Below, piece after piece: positions 39,310 to 55,472 of a DNA stretch of 64,000 nucleotides. Source of the DNA: Octopus vulgaris (taxonomy: Eukaryota); assembly GCA_951406725.2 (NCBI GenBank), contig OX597820.1:91016001-91080000 (forward strand), in the 5' to 3' direction. Made by a program: the position numbers and the translations under genes. Position 1 is the stretch's first letter, and the number at the start of each line of letters is the position of its first letter. Under the pieces are notes generated by a model, which had not been told where the DNA came from, searched no databases, and was given only the letters and a program-made list of their open reading frames with translations.

Positions 39310-39703
39310 GGCGCAGGAGTGGCTGTGTGGTAAGTAGCTTGCTAACCAACCACATGGTTCCGGGTTCAGTCCCACTGCGTGGCATCTTGGGCAAGTGTCT
39401 TCTGCTATAGCCCCGGGCCGACCAATGCCTTGTGAGTGGATTTGGTAGACGGAAACTGAAAGAAGCCTGTCGTATATATGTATATATATATATATATGTG
39501 TGTTTGTGTGTCTGTGTTTGTCCCCCTAGCATCGCTTGACAACCGATGCTGGTGTGTTTACGTCCCCGTAACTTAGCGGTTCGGCAAAAAAGAGACCAAT
39601 AGAATAAGTACTGGGCTTACAAAGAATAAGTCCCGGGGTCGAGTTGCTCGATTAAAGGCGGTGCTCCAGCATGGCCGCAGTCAAATGACTGAAACAAATA
39701 AAA
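39310..39703 (+). mobile_element. SINE family A, young full-length reference copy
   Basis: tRNA-like head with box A (tggctgtgtgg) and box B (ggttcagtccc), internal (TA/TG)n, tail ggcggtgctccagcatggccgcagtcaaatgactgaaac; closely similar to 60038-60424. Confidence 0.92.
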
Positions 39704-39732
39704 TATATATATACATACATGCATACATACAT

Positions 39733-40588
39733 GTTGAAATCAGGTGCACAGCAGATGTTAACAATAGGCCAAAGATCAGCGAAGAAAAAAATATCTACGC
39801 TAAACTATTGAGATATCTACAGTTACACAACCCATGATACAAGTTCAGGTTTATACCTGTAATTATTGGAGCGCTGAAATATGTAGCACACTGTCTGAGT
39901 ACCAATCTTGAGAAATTAAGCTTCTGAATACCAGAAAGATGAAAGTTGATTCGAAGACTACAGAGCTAAGCCATCACTAGAACTGTATAAATTTATAAAA
40001 CTGTGCAGAAATTTATCCTTTAAATAAATATACGCATGTCTAGACATGCAACAAGATACATGAGAACACATAAATAAAACAAAACATATAAATCTGCACA
40101 TGCACTGATTACAAATTATTTTTTTTTTTTTTATTTCTGCGCCCTTTTCAAGCCTAGCCAGGCTCATGGGCCTGGTTTCCTGGTTTCTATGGCGTATGTG
40201 TTCCCCAGCTGGACGGGACGCCAGTCCATCGCAGCGTTACTCGAGAAACAGGAAGAAAGAGTGAGAGAAAGTTGAGGCGAAAGAGTACAAGAGGGGTCGC
40301 CACCACCCCCTGTCGGAGCCTCGTGGAGCTTTAGGTGTTTTCGCTCAATAAACACACACAACGCCCGGTCTGGGAATCGAAACCGCGATCCTCCAATCGC
40401 GAGTCCGCTGCGCTAATCACTGGTCCATTGCACCTCCACACTGATTACAAATACTGCACATATACACACATACACGCGAAAATACTTTGTTGATGTTTCT
40501 GAAAGTTCAGTGAAGTTACTTTGTATCTAGATTAGAAACCGGCTCTTTCTCTATTGGCAAGAGATCTCGAAATAAAACTGAATAATAG
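39733..40588 (+). mobile_element. RLE-type (R4/Dong-like) LINE 3' fragment in (CATA)n, interrupted by SINE C
   Basis: VEIRCTADVN..KISEEKNIYAKLLRYLQL..YKFRFIPVIIGAL..KLIRRLQ..(stop 40021-40023); the 3'UTR ends in catacatacata and the 5' flank is also (CATA)n. Confidence 0.85.
40117..40439 (-). mobile_element. SINE family C, tail type 2, with 13-bp TSD
   Basis: Same head and body as 27194-27698; tail shared with 28022-28227; A-rich end; TSD actgattacaaat at 40104-40116 and 40440-40452. Confidence 0.92.
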
Positions 40589-41043
40589 CATACATACATA
40601 CTCACATACATACATACTCACACAAGGCTATTATATAATCGATAGGGGCAGGTATACGCATTACTAGCTGCGTAAGTGAAAGACCATTTTCTACGATGCT
40701 ATATAGACCTTATAAGTATTATCAAAGAGAGAAGCTGACAGGCTTAATGTATGGGAACATGACACTGATAGATGGAATCTCATTATTCAGGAAACAATTG
40801 CAATTGAACTTTAATTGTGTTTTCTATTTTAAGCTTTCGATTCGGACATGTAATTTCTTAAATAAATATCCAACCGTGACAGAAAGCGGAACCATACTTG
40901 TCTGTTTTGTAACATATAATGGATTAAGACCGGAAGCTTCGATAAAGTGTTAAGGTGCAAAAAAAGATAGTGGTAGCCAAACTCAACAGAGCTCAATATT
41001 TTGTTCGATTTCCTCTTATCCATATTATAAATGATGAATTTCT

Positions 41044-41118
41044 TCTACTACTACTAGCACCAGCACCACCGCTGCTGCTACAGCCACTACCACCACCACC
41101 ACCACCACTACTACTACT

Positions 41119-41150
<32 letters not shown>

Positions 41151-41270
41151 CACTACCACTACTACTACCACTACTACTACTACTACTACTAGCACCAGCA
41201 CCACCGCTGCTACTACAGCCATCACTACTTCCAGTGCCGCCGCCGCCGCCACCACCACTACTACTACTAT
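41044..41270. repeat. Compound (CTA/CCA/CCG)n trinucleotide repeat with an internal ~33-bp duplicated unit
   Basis: ctagcaccagcaccaccgctgct(g/a)ctacagcca occurs near 41054 and 41188. Confidence 0.9.
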
Positions 41271-41924
41271 TTTTACATGGCTCATGAGAAACCCTAATTT
41301 ACGATAGATTTTTTATTTTATTTTGAGTTTAGTGGGGGTGGTTTTGGCATAAATATACTGCCACTAAATACTCGGTATGATTATTTTTTTGTCTTTTTTA
41401 TTCTATTTCTTTTATTCATTATTATTTTTTTTATATCTTCCTAAGTATCTGAAAGCAATACATCTAAACGTTCACTTGTCTGTCAACACGCAAGCAGATA
41501 AAAAAAAAAGCAGTATGCAATTCATAAAAGCTTACAATTCAAACAATAGTTTTTTTGTTTTTTTGTTCCCATAGCTGGCTTCTTTTGTAATTCTCTGCAC
41601 AACAAATATTATTTTAGAATTATACATGATTTAGAATTAAGTTGTGATATTTCCTTTTTGGCATTTAACATTTGTAAATATCTCCCTTTCAGTGCCGGCA
41701 ACAGATGACATTTACTTTTTGTTTTCATTCTTTATTTGTTTATTTGTAGAAATATTGCAAACACATAACCATTTCCAATTTCTAATATCATTATCTACCA
41801 CATCTAAAACTCAAAATATCAAATCTCGCATACCTGTAATTTTCTGTGAATAGAAACACAAGTGACCTAAAATACAATTATTTGTACTGGAATCGGATTA
41901 CAGCTTACAGTGTGACAATATTTA

Positions 41925-43190
41925 AAGATGGCGGAAATGGCTGAGAGGATAAGGAAACGGTTCAAATGCTTTACGCTATTTCATTCAGTACCTTAACATC
42001 CATTGCTTTATTGTTCTATACCAGCTTTCATCCTTGCCGCAGTTGATTAAATTAGTTACAGTAAGATCTTAGAGTTGATTCAATAGGTTTATAACTTATA
42101 CCTTTGTAAAACAAAAAAGAAAAAAATAGTCCGATTGCCTGAGGTAAATAAATCACTACTTTGTCCTCGTGTAGTATTATTAACTTACTGGAGAGATGTG
42201 ATGCGGTAGTTGCAGTAGAAGATTGGTCAAAATAACTTGTGGTATTTGATCACACTTCTTATAGTAGAAAGTTCAAATCTTTCCGAGGTAGGTCATTTTC
42301 TTTTTTTTTTTTTTTTGCCTTTCATCCTCCCGGATTTGATAAAATAAATACGAACAGTTAAATACTGGGATCGGTAAAATCAAGTGTTCTATACCAGAAT
42401 ATGTATGACCAGTATTAAGAATCAATATTATTTTACTGGAGTGTGATGTTGCGCTAGAATCTGGAGAAAACAAGTTACAATGACTTCAGATAATTGAGTT
42501 ACATCTAATATCGTATATCGCTGAAGTTGACTTGGCATTTCACCTCTCAGTCTTCGATAAAAATTAGTACAAGTCTTGTACATTAATCTGTTTAATATAC
42601 TTTATTTACCACCCACCCCAGAATTCATAGCATTATGTCAATGCGAGAAATTATCGTTAATATTAATTTGCAAAATTAATATTCATATGCATGAATGAGG
42701 TTGATGAGTAGAATTAATATACAAGGGATCCAAATTTTCTATCATGTTTGGATTCTTTGATGGTAGACTTAATTTTGTCACTCGGTTTAACACCATCATT
42801 TGATCCCAGTAGACCTTTAGAAGAGTTTACTCTGTTGCAAGCATTTAAGGCCAGGTGTCTGATCCGAGTGTAATTTCCACCTTTCCTCTCATCTGAACTA
42901 TATGCTGCGAAAAGTGTCATGGATGCTGTCCCGCCTACTCTGACAAACTCATTAAACATAAAACAAACTGGAAATTGCCATTCTTAACACAGATCGCTTG
43001 AATTCAGTGGTGGCCGTGTACACACGTTAAAAATTAATACTGAATGTTTATAGTTACAATTAACTCGAGTCATTGTTATACATTGCTGTGTTTCATCGAG
43101 CATAGACAGATAAAACGTGAAGTTGGTACTGGTAGGATTTGAAATTAGAATGTAAGAGGTTACAACTGAATGCAGAAAGCGCATTTACTC
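41925..43190. mobile_element. Cluster of very old SINE family B copies (three +, one -)
   Basis: Degenerate tgcctttcatcctcc..gataaaataa and gttgacttggcatttcacc motifs. Confidence 0.55.
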
Positions 43191-44142
43191 TCATGATTGG
43201 CCATTGTATTTTTGCAAATGTATTTTAGTATCTTATTGAAGCACACATTTGTAAATTACAATAGAAGAGCGAGATTGTTTCGTGTCCTTATCATTTTTGT
43301 TAATCCTATTCGTATACTTATAATAACGTAATCCTAGATGCATTATCTCAGATGCGATGATAGCGAATGAAATATCCTTGAACTTAGGCCTACTTAATCA
43401 GTAAAATGACAGAACAAACAACATCGTATATGCATATGAAATATTTATTTTGCAAGTGAGGATAGAAGCCAAGTTCGATATTTTACTCGACAAACATATA
43501 TTTCTATTTGTTTCAGCAACTAGAAAGCTAAAGAAATCTGTATGGTTTTCTGGTGGTCATACGTAACATTATTTAAAAATTATTTTTCGTTTGTGAATCG
43601 AAAGAATTGTAAGTTCGATTCAGAAGCGTTATCTTTACAGTAAAAATCATATCATCTTTACCACCACAGCCACAATCATGAGACGACATATAGACGAGGC
43701 TATCACATCCACATGGTAATTGATCCATCCAAATTTCGGACCACACGCAGTATTTATAGTTACAGGAGAAAAAGATACGTTGCATAATGTTCTGTAAACC
43801 AACTAAAATAAAGGAGCGGTCACTAATGGAATCTGAAGACAGGTTTGCTCAAATAGGATTGATATGGGTCTAGCGACAAAGCTACCACCGTAACCTACAA
43901 CAGCAAGTCAACGGGGCAGTAACTTAGGGATCTTCGACGTGTCATCAAATCATATACATCTGTAAAGAAAGGTAATATACGTTGGCTAGTTTACTCTTAT
44001 ACATACAACTGAAGTGTCTTCGATCATATGTCTGCTCAACAAGGGATAGTTCATGGCTAAAAAGACAACAGTAGTAACAAGAACAACAAATATTACTCTA
44101 ACATCATGGGAAAAACAATATGAGTGACGAACAGATTTAAGA

Positions 44143-44179
<37 letters not shown>

Positions 44180-44633
44180 CGTCTAGATGATTCTATAAAA
44201 TCATTTATTGCATATCGATATCTATGTGTAGCCGATATTGTAAGGATTGCTTTCTTGATTATATTACTGGATGAAAAGTGAAAATTGAATCAGTTTCCCA
44301 ATAATTGACAAAATTCATTAGAAACTCATGAAGTTTATTATATTGGATTATATTGACTGAATGCTGAATAAATATACTCGAGACAGCGACTGTTCAACTA
44401 ACGGAAACTGACAGTGTCCACTTCAAAAGAGAAATTCGAGAATTCACATCCTGTTGTTGACCAAGTGTAGAAAAAGTAAACTTAGCCACGATTGCATACG
44501 TGTACATGTACAAGCATTCATACAAAGAAAGAAAGTCACATACACAAGAACACATACACACACATGCACATAATGTGAGTATATTCGCAAACAGATATCC
44601 AGTAAAACATGTATACTTAGACTTATATATTCG

Positions 44634-44665
<32 letters not shown>

Positions 44666-45643
44666 CGTGTGAATATATATATGTATATTTGTATGTGTGC
44701 ATGTATATGTTCTCTCATACTAACATTTGCATAAAGATACACGCGAACATACTACTCTAGTACAAATACAAACACGCATAAACGAATATATATATATATA
44801 TACACACACACACAGATATACGAATATATATATATACACACACACACACAGATATATGTATATATATATATATATATATACAGAGAGAGATAAAGTGAAA
44901 CAGACAAGGGAGAGAGAGACAGTTCGTATCATTATGCATATACATGTATATGCATGCACTCATCACAAGCGAACATTTTGGGGGGCTCAGTTCAACAAAC
45001 CAACTCGGAAAAGTAATCCCACAGCGGATCAAACATTTAAGCTTTTTATTAAAGAATCTTGATCTCAGTAAAGCTACCTCCTTTATGTTTATGAACAACT
45101 TGCAATGATCTAAGTAGTAACCTTTCTGAGGGTTTTTTTGCAGTACGTTTGTATGATGCAATATATCTTGCCGTAGACCAAATATGAAAACACCATTCAA
45201 GCTGAAGAGGGCCAATGCTTCAAACTTCACGATTATCTGAAAAGTAAAACACACGTCTGAGTAACAGCCGAAGAACTCATTAACTAACCCATGCACAAGT
45301 GTGTGCGTTTGTGTGTGAATGTATGAGTATGTGTGTATGACTGTGTATGCGTTTATGACTGTGTATGTGCCCGCGCTTACGTATTACGACATATATATGT
45401 GGTAGTAACATATACTGACAGCTTTATTTTGAGACATATAATCGCATATTCGCATTCCTAAATGCTCCGTAAATTAGTAATTCTACGAAATATCAATAAA
45501 GTAAATAACAGGCTCAAATAATTTCCAGGTTCGATATTTGCAATTAAATCCTCGTCGTTGGTGTCCAATAACTAAAACTAATTAAAGAAAATGTATGCAT
45601 ACAACATGCATGTATGCTATTGTTTAAAATATGTATGCATATA

Positions 45644-45803
45644 GACGCTGGCGTGACTGTGTGGCAAGAAGCTTGCTTCACAGACACATGGTTCCGGCTT
45701 TAGTCCCGCTGCGTGGCACCATGGGCAAGTGTCTTCTACTATAGCCTCGGGTCAACAAAAGGCTTTGTGAGTGGATCTGGTAGACGGTAACTGAAAGAAG
45801 CCC

Positions 45804-45839
<36 letters not shown>

Positions 45840-46001
45840 GGCGCAGGGGTGGCTGTGTGGTAAGTAGCTTGCTTACTAACCACATGGTTCTGGGTTCAGT
45901 CCCACTGCGTGGCACCTTGGGCGATTGCCTTCTACTATATCTTCGGACCGACCAAAGCCTTGTGACTGGATTTGGTAGATGGAAACTGAAAGAAGACCGT
46001 C

Positions 46002-46055
<54 letters not shown>

Positions 46056-46350
46056 ATGGATATGTTTGTGTGTCTGTGTTTGTCCCCCATCATCGCTTGC
46101 TGGTGTGTTTACGTCGCCGTAACTTAGCGGTTCGGCAAAAGAGACCGATAGAATAAGTACTAGGCTTACAAAGAATAAGTCCTGCGGTCGGTTTGCTCGA
46201 CTAAATGTGGTGCTCCAGTGTGGCCGCAGTCAAATGACTGCAACAAATAAAAGAATGAAAGAATATGTGTGTGTGTGTGTTTCTGTCTGTGTTTGTTCCC
46301 CCACCACCATTGCTAGAAAACCGATGAGGTGCTCCAGCATGGCTGCAGGC
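45644..46350 (+). mobile_element. Tandem or nested SINE family A copies
   Basis: 5' half at 45644-45805, full copy 45840-46262 starting inside the (TA)n of the first, residual 3' half 46265-46350. Confidence 0.88.
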
Positions 46351-47482
46351 AAAAACTAATATACATATGTGTGACTGTATACCTGTATATAAATATGTAT
46401 GTATATATGCATGTGTGTATGTATGCATGTATGTTTGCATGCATGTATATGTGTGTGTATGTATGTATGTATATCGAGATTGGTATCGGAGAATCCAAGT
46501 ATGAAATATTATTAATGATATAAGAAAATTTAGGATGTAATATTCGATAACATAATTAATTTAGCACAAAATATCCATATAATAATTGATTAAATCAAGC
46601 TTGTTCCTATATTATTACATACTCAATATTATTATATAATTATTACTTCATGCACGTTTTTAAACTTCTGTTTTTATCGAAATCCTCTCTGGATATCATA
46701 ATCAGTTTATCGTATATTGATTTTTCTGATTGGCACAAGGACAGAAATTTGTAGAGGAGGTGTATTATAAATCAATTTGATTTCATTAGATGCTTGATAT
46801 TTATTTTATCACCGTTAGACTTATGTAATTTATATTGAACTCCAACGGGTGTTGAACTCATGACATCAAGTAAAAATGCTGAATTTGCACCCTTATTTAA
46901 ATAGTTTCGTACATTAGCGAAGTGGGGATTATAGTTGATAATATTGTCTCACTATTTTTCCACTGGTAAGGTTTAATAAGATTGAAAGATACCCAGTTTC
47001 CCAAGAATCATCCTCACTCTTCATCAAATTCTCCTTTTAAATTCAAATTCAAGAGTTATCACCCTTACTCTTCTTGACCTGGGCTTGTCATTAAGATTAT
47101 GCCTTTCTCCTTTCTTCTATACAAGAGTAATTTTTTAAATTAAACTCTTTTTTACTGACTGCTTTCAATGTTTTAATGCACAATTTATCACTTATTTTAT
47201 GGAATTGGAAAGCTGAAAAGCAAGACTAGAAGGCAAGGTTGTATCACACAGGTGTGTGTGTGTGTGTTCTATGTCTCTGTCTGTGCGCAGGTGTGTGTAC
47301 GTGTGAGTGTTTATGCACGCGTGCATCTGTACAAATGTGTAATCTATATTACAAAGATTGAAGTACATTAGGTACTGATGTGATTTAGCTATTACTTTCA
47401 AAACCATTACGAGGCATTTTTGTGTTATGAGATTTGTATTTATCACCTAATAAACTACGGCATTACCGATTACACTATTGAT

Positions 47483-47987
47483 CAGCGGTCCTCAACTGGA
47501 ATCCATATGGCTTTTGGGGATCAATATCCGATTTTGTTGTTAAAATTTATTTTGAATAAATTGGTTATTCTTCTACAATGCACAAAATATATTAACAATT
47601 TTTTAAATACAATTCCTAATTATATAGAATCATAAAAACATAAAAGAATTCTTTAAATATTGAACCTCTAGGAAGGTCTACCCGAAGGCGGCAAGCTGAC
47701 AGAAATGCTAGCACGCCGGGCGAAATGCTTTGCGGTATTTCGTCCATCGCTGCGTTCTGAGTTCAAATTCTGCGAGGTCCACTTTGCCTTTCATCCTTTC
47801 GGGGTCGATTAAATAAGTACTAGTTACACACTGGGGGTCGATATAATCTACTTAATCTATTTGTCTGTCCTTGTTTGTCCTCTCTGTGTTTAGCCCCTTG
47901 TGGGTAGTAAAGTAATAGGAAGATCCATCCAAATAAAGCAGGGATCAAAGAAGCCCATAGGTACAAAAGAGGAGTTGAGAAACACTG
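47483..47987. mobile_element. hAT MITE with 8-bp TSD, containing a nested SINE B (about 47685-47919, +)
   Basis: TIRs cagcggtcctcaac and gttgagaaacactg; TSD ctattgat 47475-47482 and ctatagat 47988-47995; the SINE is flanked by imperfect taggaag(g/a)tc.. repeats. Confidence 0.82.
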
Positions 47988-48499
47988 CTATAGATTGATG
48001 TAGCCAAAAAATATTATGAGAGCCAGTAAGAATGTCAACAAGTGTCGTTTATTCATATATTTTTTTGCGTAGTCCAAAGACTATACTGATCAAAGCAGAA
48101 AGAATTACTATCAAAAGTGTGCAAATTATGCCAAACACAGCCATTTATTCCACCATAGAGTGTTTAGTACTGAATATATTTCCTGTATTTTTAAGACGGT
48201 AAAGTTTCTTTTGATGGCAATACACCTACGAATTCTCGTCTGTGTGAGCGACCAGGTAGAGTCTCATTTGTAGGATCAGAGAAAGGATAGGCGTACAAGC
48301 AGAATTGATAATCATTAATATGTAAGCAGAAGTGAGCTTTTAGCTTCACAATATAGATCATTTCAGTTTGTCTCGATTTGCGTCAACGATTTCCTTTCTA
48401 GCTTAGATGTTAGATCTAGCGCAAGTTCATAACATAGCCGATCGTTTGAAGAATGACGCTAAAACTCGTGCAAGCAATTATTAAGTAAGAAATGCAACA

Positions 48500-50460
<1,961 letters not shown>

Positions 50461-51061
50461 GTAGGCAATCTGTGTTTTGTTTTGTTTTTTAACTCACCTA
50501 ATTTCCATCTAAAAAGCTTCCTTCTTTTAAAATCAGGAAACATGACTTGTTAGTAATTAACATTTTAATACTAACTTGGGTTGTAAATTAGAAGATATAT
50601 TACCTGCCATTGACTACAGGTTTTGTTTTTTTCTTTTATTTTTTGTTTCATGTCGAACAGATAGAAATAAATTTGTTGAAAAATAATATCAATTATGTTT
50701 TAATTTTTCTCTTAATTTCTTTATTTTATAATGCAGTAAAATATTTTCAACAATATCAGTATCTTTTTTTATTGCTATACAATTCTAAATTACGTACATT
50801 TAACTCTGATTTCAATTAAATATGTGGGAAGTTATTAGTCTACCTAATACATAAAACTGATTGATTTTAAATATATTCAAGTTTGTCAAACAACTTACAA
50901 TTTCTATTACTCTAAAAAAAACACCCACTAAATTTATAATGTTTTATAATGTTTCTCTACAAAGGAGTAAACAGTACTTGTCGGCTTGTTAATAGTAACG
51001 AAGGACAGTATATACTGAAAGTCAATTTTATTTCTTGTAATTTATTCTCTGCAGATAGATT

Positions 51062-51494
51062 GTGAGCTGGCAGAATCCGTAATATGCCAGAGAAAAATGC
51101 AGAGCGGCAGTTTTTTTTTTTTTAACCTTCTTTTTAGGATTTATATTCTGAGTTCAAATTTCGCCCTATTCGACTTAGCCTTTTATCCTTTTGTGGTCGA
51201 TTGAATATAATGGCCGTTGCGGTTTGGAGTCATTGTAATCGACTAATCCCTTCACCCACGAGCTGGCAGAAACGTTAGCACGCCGGGCGAAATGCGTAGC
51301 CGTATTTCGTCTGTCGTTACGTTGTGAGTTCAAATTCCGCCGAGGTCGACTTTGCCTTTCATCCTTTCGGGGTCTATAAATAAAGTACCAGTTACGCACT
51401 GGCGTTGATGTAATCGACTTAATCCCTTTGTCTGTCCCCTCTATGTTTAGCCCCTTGTGGGCAATAAAAAAAAAATATTAATCCCTTCACCCAC
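51062..51494 (+). mobile_element. Young SINE B nested in an older SINE B, 16-bp TSD
   Basis: taatcccttcacccac at 51244-51259 and 51479-51494 flanks a well-preserved copy with an A-rich tail. Confidence 0.9.
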
Positions 51495-51849
51495 ACCCCT
51501 TCAAGTGCTCTACCTAATGTACGAAGAACTGCTTGAATTTATACTTCCTGTTTTTTTCAGTCAGTCTCAATTTAGTCAGATCTGGAAACTATTTAATGAC
51601 AATGCAAACGGTTACTTGCTCAAGCTTTCCAGGCTTGAAGTAAATTCCCTGGGTGATATTAGAAAAAAAAAATGCTTCCATCTTTTTTTTTTTCCTTTTG
51701 TAAAAATATTAAATAAATATCTGGGTTTTTTTTTTCAAGTATATTGTAATGCTTCGGAAAACGGGCCTACATGTTTGCAACTAGTCGAACTCCGTTAAAT
51801 GCCCCCAAAGGGTATTAAGCCGGGTAATGTTCACTCTGAATGACATACT

Positions 51850-52005
51850 CACAGTTTCCATCTGCTAAGTACTCACAAGGTTTTCATTAACTAAACATAT
51901 AGTGAGATATGACGACAGTTTCCTACGATGTGGTACTGTGGGATGGAACCAAAAATTACTTAGTTTCAAAGGGCACCTCTTAACCACACAATCATACTTG
52001 CGCTT
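51850..52005 (-). mobile_element. Diverged SINE family A 5' half
   Basis: cagtttccatctgc..actcacaagg..gtgggatggaacc..ttaaccacaca. Confidence 0.6.
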
Positions 52006-53292
52006 CTTTTTCTATCTTTAAAAATAAGAAACTTCTGGATCTTGTCAAATAAATCCAGCTTCAAGAATCCACGGACTTTGAAGGAAATAGTTTTGTGCTC
52101 CGGTCACATTATGCTCTATTCATTTTTCTAAAATCGATGAATCGAAGTGAGCTTTGATATCATTGTCAAATCATTGTGACATGAAAGACAAAGTTACTCA
52201 CGATTACCTTTGAGGTTGACATAAAGATGTTTATTTTACTTGGTTTCTATAAATTTAGTCAGAAGGCAAAACCACTTTAAACATAATAGTACATTTTGAA
52301 GTCGTATACGCTGTCTACATCAACTTTAGTTTCAAGACAATGTCTGAAGTTTATTTGTAGTGCAAGTTAAAGAAGGCAATAAAAATATTAAAATTCAAAG
52401 AATTCATTTATTTTTTCTTCTTCTTTAAGATTGTCATCGAGCCAAGTATCCTATAGAGTGCTATTGTTATAAATTGTTGCTTTTCACGATGTAACTTACG
52501 AAGTGCGGCTGATAGAAATACGCTCTCTCTCTTTCCAATGCTGTCGTTTTAAAAAGAAAGGATTATTTTGAGGCCAATACTTAATTTGACTTGTAATGAA
52601 AAAATGCAAAAAGCATCAATAAACTTGACACAAATTGTTAGGGAGTCAATCATAATATCATTGTGACAATTCACAATAAACACGAACCTTTATCTTAAAT
52701 GTTAGCAGAGCATACAACGTTGGTATTTCCAACAATATACTCATCTCGTTCACTCCCAAAGCAAACTTTAGATGCTTTTCTTTTCATTATCAATAAATAA
52801 ATAAATTATATGAAATATTGAAAATAAGCAAAATTATATATTAAGATATGAAAATTTTTACATGTTTTATAAACAGGAATAAAATCAGCTTTCTTGCAGC
52901 AATTTTTGATGTTTTTATGTATTTGTTAGTTTTAATTTCCTTTATATACTTTTTTTTTTTGTATCAAGCTGTGAAAACATGTGTTCAAACAAAACACAGC
53001 AGAAAAAAAGGAAACTGAACGAGAAATGCATTTCTTAAATTTTCTCCGCTGTTTACTAATTTATTCTTTGCTTTCGATATAGTTTCTGCTATTTAATCAT
53101 AAAATGACAGGTACGAATTGTTTGAAGCTGAAGTATTGAACACATACGTCAAACACTTACCCAATATATTTTGATATAGGACAGTAAACACAATTATATA
53201 ATGTGGCTATGCATATAGTATGCATGTTGTGTGTGTAAGTGCGTTCATATGTCTATGTATAATGCATGTATATTTATACAGATATACATGCT

Positions 53293-53325
<33 letters not shown>

Positions 53326-54430
53326 ATACATTTATATACATGTATGTATATACATATTCACATAGATGTACACATATATGTGGGCGTGTAGTAATAACCA
53401 AAAATAAATCTTGTATAGAATTTACAAATATTATAATGCCCCGCTACGCGCTTTCTGCAAGCTCCATGTTTCTTAAGTTCATAGTCCGTATTCCTAGGAT
53501 GAATACAGTGCAGTCCATAGTATTCATGGGCATCGGGTAGATCATGTTCATGCATTCATTTCTTCGGGCGAAATAGCATCAATAAATGTTTAGCTGAAGA
53601 CTGTTTACCAATTTCGACCATTTGTTTACCAGTTTTGCTCGGGGTATGTAGGCATTTCTGCGTGTGTATATTTGGTGGGAAGGTGATAGAAAGAAAGGAA
53701 GGAATGCTAGTTATAATGAGGTGGAGGTGTGTATGATGATGTTGGACTTATTTTGCTATTTGAGTATGCAGATGTCAGGATGGGTAGCATGGTTCCTTTG
53801 TTTGATCTTATTCCCAGCAGGCCCCCATCTCAATGAATACAAAGTAGTCGAATCAGTAAATATACCCATTACAGCAACCCAGTTGTTGTTCATTATCTGA
53901 GTTGACATATGTTACTTTGTTAAAATGACCTTTTAATTCCTTTTGTTGGTATAATGGTATAGCATATATCATATGAAAATTGTGGGTTTTTTTATTATTT
54001 AGTTGCTTGTGCTCTTCCCTTGTTCTGTTATATGTTAAAGGTGGTTAGTGTTTTTCTACTTCAAAATGTGTTTGCTTTTTTTTTTTTTTTTTGAAATTCT
54101 AGGAACGCTGCCTTGTTTTTATGCTTACATGATATGATAATTTTGAAATGTCTATTAATTATGTTTTCTCTTGATGTGATGATCTCCCGCGTTTTGTCTT
54201 GACATAAGCTGTACACCTACGATGTTCTGCTGTAAGGTTGGATATTGATGAAGAGTGCGAATGTAAACAAAAATGATTGGGATAATTTCACTATGACTAG
54301 AATTTTCACTATGACTCCCTTCGTGGCAAACGGAATCTATAAATACTCAACTGCATTTATTATAATATATATATGTATGTATGTATGTATGTGTCATGTA
54401 TGTATATATGTGTGTGTACGTATGTATGTC

Positions 54431-54545
54431 CTTGTTCAGTTTCATTTCCAGATTTCTTACCAATAGAGAAAGAGCCGGTTTCTAATCTGGATCCAAGGCT
54501 CCTTTATTGGAATTTCAACATCAACAACAGGGTATTTTTGTTTGT
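54431..54545 (-). mobile_element. 3'UTR fragment of the 39733-40588 LINE family, in (TATG)n
   Basis: ccaatagagaaagagccggtttctaatct is the reverse complement of about 40529-40557. Confidence 0.85.
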
Positions 54546-55472
54546 TTGTATGTAAATATGTATGCGTGTATGTATAGGCATATGTGCGTATATGTATGCG
54601 TTTGCTTACATATATATTGCATATAAGCATAAATATAAAGTATGTCTAGTTTATATAGTTATACAAATATATATGTAACATGATATATATATTTATACTC
54701 GTACACACACAAACACATAAACACAAATACACACACATACATATATACATATATACACACACATACGCATATATATATATACACATACATACACATATAT
54801 AATAGTATAATAGTGCATGTCGATGGCTGGTTTCTGATCATTTAAGTATCTGTGGTGGTCGTCTTTTTTTAGTTACAGTTTGTGTATTTAATCATGCAGC
54901 AAGTGTTGTTCTGTATAAAATATTGAATTTATTGATTTGTTTGTTCAGTGCAGTCTGGAGATTTTACAATTGTGTCAGTATTTATAGACAACAAAGGGAG
55001 ATTTGGCACTGACCAGGTCAATATGTTTGAGAAGGTGTTTGATTCTAATGGCCCAAGTTTCATCCGGCAGACTTATGATCAAAGACTTTTTTATTTTTTT
55101 CATTTTCCAGTTTTAGAATCGTACCACATGGTGTGTTTTAATGAGAATGGCTGCTATTTCCAGCAATTCAAGTGTCTTTATTAACTTCATTTATTTGTTC
55201 CTGCTGTTGTTGTAGTTATCGTTGTTGTCTAACTCCAAATCAATCTTAATTAGATATTCCCATACTCAAAAACATTCTATGTCCATCCTATCTTTTCACA
55301 AACTAATTTATCTCTAATGTGTAATTTCCCTTTTTTTAAGACGGTTCAATATCATTTGAGAGATAATTTATTTGCTATTTCTAGCAAAGAGAACGACTAT
55401 GTAGAAGCTTCCTCATTGCCATGACCGTCTCATTACACAGTAACACGATTTTTGTCCCTGGGTAGCAACTGA

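Noticed and set aside
39310-39385. tRNA gene-like A/B boxes (also in the heads of families B and C)
   Set aside because: No proper cloverleaf seen, and they continue into repeated SINE bodies; these are SINE heads, not tRNA genes
40955-41287. Leu/Pro-rich and poly-Val ORFs
   Set aside because: Compound trinucleotide microsatellite
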